This document shows positions 59,701 to 64,000 of a stretch of DNA of 64,000 nt, piece by piece. The stretch is taken from NCBI GenBank assembly GCA_037444665.1, contig JBBILZ010000005.1, positions 1 through 64,000 on the forward strand, read 5' to 3'. How positions within the stretch are numbered: position 1 is the stretch's first letter; every line of letters starts with the position of its first letter. The position numbers and the translations under genes were made by a program. Origin of the DNA: a candidate division WOR-3 bacterium. Lineage in GTDB: Bacteria; Hydrothermota; Tepidihabitantia; SM23-42; JAOAFX01. The notes under the pieces are model-generated. The model saw nothing but the letters and a program-made list of their open reading frames with translations. It was not told where the DNA came from and searched no databases.

Positions 59701-59948
59701 ACAAATCGCCTAATGCCCTAAATTTAATGAAAGAGGGTAAGATTAACTTGATTATAAATACTCCCACAATGAGTTATAGTGCAAAAAGGGATGGTTATAC
59801 TATGCGCCGTCTTGCAGTGGAATTGAATATTCCTTTTATTACTGCAATCACCTCAGCATATGCTGAGATTGAAGCGATAAAATTCGCTAAATTAGGTAAA
59901 CTGAGTATCAGGCCGCTCAAGCATTTTACTCATAAAATAATTGATTGA
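56721..59948 (+). CDS. carB: Carbamoyl-phosphate synthase large subunit
   Basis: GSGPIIIGQAAEFD, duplicated ATP-grasp halves, C-terminal MGS domain. Confidence 0.98.
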   Translation: MPKRRDIKKVLIIGSGPIIIGQAAEFDFSGSQASRSLRDEGYETIIVNSNPATIQTDLETADTVYIEPLTEEILEKIIEKEHPQGILPGFGGQTGLNLAYELARKGRLQKYKVELLGTTMQSIEMAENRDYFRKLMNDIGEPIPHSFAVHSYNEAQEVVKKMKYPILIRPAYTLGGTGSGIAYNSEQLYEAVIGGLNRSPIKQVLLEESMLGWKEFEYEVMRDHSDNCIIICSMENIDPMGIHTGESIVVAPAQTLTDKEHQILRSAAINIIRALKIAGGCNIQFAVNPEKWEYRVIEVNPRVSRSSALASKATGYPIARVSAKIALGFNLDEIQNAITKKTTAGFEPALDYVVVKIPRWPFDKFPTVDKRLGTQMKSTGEVMAIGSTIEEALLKAVRSLEIAKSGFEPEQWREYELIYELQEPTDQRIFAIAESLRRGYTKKKISDLTRISEFFINKIENIITLERLLKKAGPEPHLILEAKKLGFSDEYIAKILTVSEKEIRCLRNKHKIEPVFNIVDTCAGEFEAYTPYYYSTYWGKNQSGRKKQKQKKSIMIIGSGPIRIGQGIEFDYCCVHSAIALKEMGYEAIIINNNPETVSTDFDISTRLYFEPLKFEDVLNVLLREEPYGLIIQFGGQTSLNLAVPLLKAIKEYQLKTKILGTNPVSVNKAEDRETFSRILKKLNILQPPFATGFNFEEVKEIAQKIGYPVLVRPSYVLGGRAMEIVYDEHELERYVGMAARVSPDHPILVDKYIANATEVDVDALCDGKEVFIAGIMEHIEQAGVHSGDSYCVMPPKTLSDKTIKQIKEIVRKIAVELNTVGLINIQFAVQNNIVYVLETNPRASRTVPYVSKTIGIPLAKLATKIMLGYRLKDFNLPEEIKFDFVSIKAPVFPFLKLPGVDPILGPEMKSTGEAMAVDKKFGAAYYKAILADNKFADSGTVYITVRDDDKKEILPIARQLKELGFKIVATRGTAQFLKDNQIDAETVYRISEHKSPNALNLMKEGKINLIINTPTMSYSAKRDGYTMRRLAVELNIPFITAITSAYAEIEAIKFAKLGKLSIRPLKHFTHKIID

Positions 59949-59961
59949 GTAGAATAATTTT

Positions 59962-61338
59962 TTAGTTCTTGACCCTGCGTTTTAAGGATGCGAAAATACC
60001 AATAATACAAAGTATCGTGAAAACAATAAAAGAAATTTTTATGGCATTTAAAAATACTGGATAAAATTCCGGCGTAATCTTTACCCGACCAAGGGTCAAA
60101 GAAAATATAAGCATTACCATACCCATACTGGACATCTGTCCCAGTAATCTCATTGTTGCCAGTGTGCTTGATGCAATGCCATAATAGTTTTTTTCAACTG
60201 AACTCATTATGGCATTTGTATTAGGTGATGAAAAGAGACCAAAGCCCAGCCCCATAATTAATAGGTTCAGGATTATAATATTTATTGGGGTTGAATTTTG
60301 AAGAAAATTGAGGACAAAAAGGCCAGCAGCAGTCACTCCCATACCAATGGACGCAATAATTGCTGGTTGAATACGGTCTGATAACCTTCCTGCAAACGGT
60401 GATAATATGGTCATTGTCACAGGTTGTGCAATGAGAATTATACCGGCATACTGGGGAGAGTATCCTTTGATATACTGGAGATAAAGGCTCAATAAAAAAG
60501 AGACTGCACTTGTTGCACTGTAATTGATCAATGCCGCCATATTGGAAAAGAAAAAGATTGGATTTGATTTAAAAAGGTTGATATTTAATAACGGAGCGGA
60601 CAATTTTGATTCCCATTGAACAAATAACCAGGTGAGGATAATGCCCAGGGTGATTAATACCATTCCCGGGATAGCCGGTAATAAAGAGAATCCGTACATA
60701 ATAAACAGTAGCATTGGTGCGTAGATTAAAGCACCAATAAAATCAAAACGATTATTTTCAGAGACCACTTTTTCGATTTTTAAAAATCTCCAGGTCAAAA
60801 ATAGCATTAAAATACCGAGGCAGGCATTTACATAAAAGATACTACGCCAGCCCAGTTGCTGGGTTAATAAACCACCAAGAAATGGACCGAACGATAATCC
60901 AAGATAGACCCCTGCTACATTTATTCCCAGAACCTTGCCCCTTTGATTTGCCGGGAAGACTGAAGTAAGGATGGCTACAGAAGTGCCAAAAATCATTGCT
61001 CCACCGATTCCCTGTATTACACGGCACACCATAAAGATAATCAGATTACTTGTGAGACCGCCAAACAGGGAGAATAGTCCGAATGTGATGATGCCATAAA
61101 AAAATATTTTTTGTCTTCCCGTGATATCCGCAATCCTGCCAATAGGCACAAGCGATATTGCTGCGGCAAGTAGGTAAGATGTTGGAACCCAGCTCAACAT
61201 TAATGCGTTCATATTGAATTCTCTGCCCATAGCAGGAAGGGCAATATTAATTGTAGAGCCCATAAAAGGAGTAAGGAATGAACCGATGGTTGTGACAAAA
61301 AGGATTATATTTTTGTGTGAATTATTTTCTGAATCCAT
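59962..61338 (-). CDS. MFS transporter (DHA2-type)
   Basis: GRIADITGR motif A, about 14 TM segments. Confidence 0.92.
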   Translation of the reverse strand: MDSENNSHKNIILFVTTIGSFLTPFMGSTINIALPAMGREFNMNALMLSWVPTSYLLAAAISLVPIGRIADITGRQKIFFYGIITFGLFSLFGGLTSNLIIFMVCRVIQGIGGAMIFGTSVAILTSVFPANQRGKVLGINVAGVYLGLSFGPFLGGLLTQQLGWRSIFYVNACLGILMLFLTWRFLKIEKVVSENNRFDFIGALIYAPMLLFIMYGFSLLPAIPGMVLITLGIILTWLFVQWESKLSAPLLNINLFKSNPIFFFSNMAALINYSATSAVSFLLSLYLQYIKGYSPQYAGIILIAQPVTMTILSPFAGRLSDRIQPAIIASIGMGVTAAGLFVLNFLQNSTPINIIILNLLIMGLGFGLFSSPNTNAIMSSVEKNYYGIASSTLATMRLLGQMSSMGMVMLIFSLTLGRVKITPEFYPVFLNAIKISFIVFTILCIIGIFASLKRRVKN

Positions 61339-62262
61339 CTATCCCTTCAGGTGTTCATAGCCACGTGGCTGAAGTTTTTTTAATTTACCATTATGTAATA
61401 GATATAATCCTCTACCTTGTTCTACTCTGCCAATTTTGAATAACTTAATATTGGAAATTTTTTTGGTAATCTTACCGGTCAACAGAAGTTCAAAATCTTC
61501 ACCTGCAGAAAGAATGAAATCTAATGAAGATAAATTTTCTTTTTTGCACAGTAAATCAACTTCTGGATGTATCGGAATACTTTCAATAATAATTTTCACT
61601 TTGCTTTCTTCAATAATATGGAAGGCATCTGTTGATAAGCCATCAGAGGTATCAATACCGGCATTGACATAAGGTTGCAGTCTTAAAGCCTGGTTTATCC
61701 TTGGCACAGGATAGAGGTGTTTCTTAATAGATTGGGCAAATAGTGTTTTGTTATAACCTTTGGACAGGGCAATCCTACCAGTTTCAGCAAGGCCAAGATA
61801 GCCTGTAGTATATAAAAAATCTCCGGGTTTTGCACCTGACCTTAATAAGGGCCGTTCTGTTTTGCCGATTACGGTTATGGTTATTCCCCAGAAAGGGCTT
61901 TCAATAATATCTCCGCCTGAGATATCACAATTGTATTTGTCACAAACAAGTTTGAAACCGCGATAGAGCTGCATGACATCTCTGTCTTTTGTTGATTTTG
62001 GTAAATATAGTGCTATTAATGCGCAGATTGGTTTTGCAGACACTGCAGCAAGGTCAGAGAGGCTGGCACCCATACACCGGTAACCGATACTATAAATTGT
62101 AAAATATCTGAAATCAAAATGGACCCCTTCAACAAATGAATCAGTTGAAACAACAATGCCATTTTTAAAGACCATCGCATCATCGCCAATGCCCTGTGCA
62201 ATATCTTTCTGGTGGCGCGGAAAATTCTTTCTTATGTATTTTATCAATGTCAATTCAGACAT
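61339..62262 (-). CDS. thiL: Thiamine-phosphate kinase
   Basis: GIGDDA, EGVHF, SDLAA, DTSDGL, GEDFELL. Confidence 0.95.
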   Translation of the reverse strand: MSELTLIKYIRKNFPRHQKDIAQGIGDDAMVFKNGIVVSTDSFVEGVHFDFRYFTIYSIGYRCMGASLSDLAAVSAKPICALIALYLPKSTKDRDVMQLYRGFKLVCDKYNCDISGGDIIESPFWGITITVIGKTERPLLRSGAKPGDFLYTTGYLGLAETGRIALSKGYNKTLFAQSIKKHLYPVPRINQALRLQPYVNAGIDTSDGLSTDAFHIIEESKVKIIIESIPIHPEVDLLCKKENLSSLDFILSAGEDFELLLTGKITKKISNIKLFKIGRVEQGRGLYLLHNGKLKKLQPRGYEHLKG

Positions 62263-62289
62263 AATTTTTTTCGGCTCTTGTTTAAATTA

Positions 62290-63252
62290 TTATACATGGA
62301 ATTCAATAATATCACCGTCCTGCAATATATGATTTTTTTCCACTCTCTGACCACTATAGCCAGAATCATTCCACAGTCTGGTGAATTGTAAATTTTTTTT
62401 GAAATCCTTATGAATATATTCAGCGGCTTCAATAACTGTAGACCCATATTTTAACACGATTGGTTCTTTTTTTACTGGTGGATGACCAATTTTTTTGGTA
62501 TAGACCCGAATGATATTAAGATTTTTAAATATTAATGGTTTGAGAATTTCAATACCTTCACCAGTAACCGATGAAATTTTTTGGATATTGAATTTATTCT
62601 GGTAAACATCTAAAAAAACTTCGCTGTTTTCAATTGCCTTTGGCATATCAATTTTATTAAGTAGAACAATATTTTTTCTGGCATCTAATTTATCATTTTG
62701 GATAGAGATATTTCTCGCCTCCAGTTGTGTATTAATTGTTTCCATCTGTTCTAATAAATCATCACTTGCTGCATCAATGATAATCAGTAATAGGTCGGCA
62801 AAGCGAAAGGTAGCATAAAGCCAGGCAGGTGCACTTTCGGAGACTGGTGGACAATCAACGATTTGAATCTTGATATCTTCGTACTCCATCATTCCAACCT
62901 GAAAATTGGTGGTGGTGAATGGATAAGGTGCAACTTCTACATTGGTGCGTGTTAAAAGATTGAGCAGGGCTGATTTTCCAGAATTGGGAACACCGACCAG
63001 CACGACCTGTCCAGCACCCTGTCGCTCAACCTGATACCAGGCAGTTGAACCAATGGATTTTTTTGTCCGCTCCATCATCTCTTTGGTTTTGGAAATTTTT
63101 GCCTTTAATTCACCCTGCAATTTTTCAGTCCCTTTATGCTTGGGGATTATGGCAAGAAGTTCTTGTAGATAAAATAGTTTTTCCTGTAAGGTCTTTGCCT
63201 CACGGTATTTTTTTTCCGTTTCAAAATATTGCGGTGGTAAATTCGCTGGCAT
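62290..63252 (-). CDS. DRG/OBG-family GTPase with TGS domain
   Basis: MPANLPP, PKHKGTEK, GVPNSGKS, YPFTT, NKID, HILQDGDIIEFH. Confidence 0.9.
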   Translation of the reverse strand: MPANLPPQYFETEKKYREAKTLQEKLFYLQELLAIIPKHKGTEKLQGELKAKISKTKEMMERTKKSIGSTAWYQVERQGAGQVVLVGVPNSGKSALLNLLTRTNVEVAPYPFTTTNFQVGMMEYEDIKIQIVDCPPVSESAPAWLYATFRFADLLLIIIDAASDDLLEQMETINTQLEARNISIQNDKLDARKNIVLLNKIDMPKAIENSEVFLDVYQNKFNIQKISSVTGEGIEILKPLIFKNLNIIRVYTKKIGHPPVKKEPIVLKYGSTVIEAAEYIHKDFKKNLQFTRLWNDSGYSGQRVEKNHILQDGDIIEFHV

Positions 63253-63295
63253 AGAGAATTTTATCTAAATTTGGATTTTCGTCAATCACGATGTT

Positions 63296-63339
63296 AAAAA
63301 TAAAAGGACCAGATTTGATGATGTCCAAATCTGGCCCCC
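63296..63339 (-). terminator. Rho-independent terminator
   Basis: Minus strand GGGGCCAGATTTG-loop-CAAATCTGGTCC followed by TTTTATTTTT. Confidence 0.7.
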
Positions 63340-63372
63340 AATTATTTTTTAATGCGATTTCAGAAGTTTCTG

Positions 63373-64000
63373 CTATAATGCCTTCCAGACCATTTCCTGG
63401 AGTCCGATAACATTGATCTTGCCGTTGCCTTTTTCTGCAATTGCAGTCGCAGCATTCTTTAACACCTGTTCACAGGTGGCGCAAGCAGTTACCAGTGTAT
63501 CAACTTTTGTATTGAGTGCTTCCTTGATTCTTGCTTCTGCTATCTTTGTTGAAAGTGGATTATCCGAGACCAGAATACCACCACCACCGCCACAACAACG
63601 GGAGGTATTATCTTTAAATTTCATTTCTACAAGTTCCAGACCCAGGGCATTGATGATATCCCTTGGTTCTTTGACTATCTTTGCACCTCGGGAAAGGTCG
63701 CAGGGGTCGTGATAGGTTACCTTACCGCTCAATTTTTTGACAATTGCATTGGGTAGTTTTTCTGCAATAACCTGCAGTGCATGTTTTGCATCAATCTTGT
63801 ATGCCTCGCGTAGATAAACAGTGCAGGTGGGGCAGAGGGTAATGGCGTTTTTAAATGGGAACAACTTCATAAATTTTTCTTTGTGTGCTTCAAAATCCTT
63901 TACAAAACCGAGTGCTTCCATCGGGTAACCACAGCAGACCTCTTTTACAACTTTAGGTTTTATTCCGAGTTTTTCAAACAATTTTAAGTATTGTTTGGTC
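63373..64000 (-). CDS. CCG-domain (Fe-S) oxidoreductase protein, 5' end outside window
   Basis: CCGYP, CPTC, YHDPCDLSR, CCGGGGG, CATC; frame open to the window edge. Confidence 0.88.
   Translation of the reverse strand, partial: TKQYLKLFEKLGIKPKVVKEVCCGYPMEALGFVKDFEAHKEKFMKLFPFKNAITLCPTCTVYLREAYKIDAKHALQVIAEKLPNAIVKKLSGKVTYHDPCDLSRGAKIVKEPRDIINALGLELVEMKFKDNTSRCCGGGGGILVSDNPLSTKIAEARIKEALNTKVDTLVTACATCEQVLKNAATAIAEKGNGKINVIGLQEMVWKAL

Noticed and set aside
1..64000. Genome-wide UGA reassignment (code 4 or 25)
   Set aside because: Several clear genes (queA, carB, pheT, infC) end at TGA at their expected C-termini; I saw only one credible in-frame TGA.

Overview
AT-rich chromosomal window from a diderm, probably anaerobic bacterium. 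PorV plus T9SS-type C-terminal domains and the overall gene content suggest candidate phylum WOR-3 or a relative (inference). It opens with the trailer end of a 37-bp-repeat CRISPR array; no cas genes are in the window. It then carries queA, an M1 peptidase, a trehalose cluster (TPS/TPP fusion, DUF5752/OrfY-like, TreT), a NikR-regulated Ni/Co ECF uptake operon, the thrS-infC-rpmI-rplT-pheST-zapBA-6S-rny cluster, leucine-catabolism-type biotin carboxylase genes, three stand-alone TPR genes, a Pif1-WYL helicase, an M6 protease, carAB, thiL and a DRG-type GTPase. Best novelty candidates: (1) ORFs 14107-14661 and 14704-16056 are in one frame, split by a single TGA in a G-C-TGA-P context and followed by an fdhF-like SECIS hairpin, i.e. 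a probable secreted 649-aa selenoprotein with a vicinal Cys-Sec in a CBM-like domain; (2) 23 sigma70-type promoters all with a 16-bp spacer, 17 of them apparently leaderless; (3) an unannotated sigma54 module: two palindromic enhancer sites, a structured leader and a 59-aa stand-alone Fis-type HTH gene; (4) ultra-short signal peptides lacking a basic n-region. All calls were made by eye; no searches were run.
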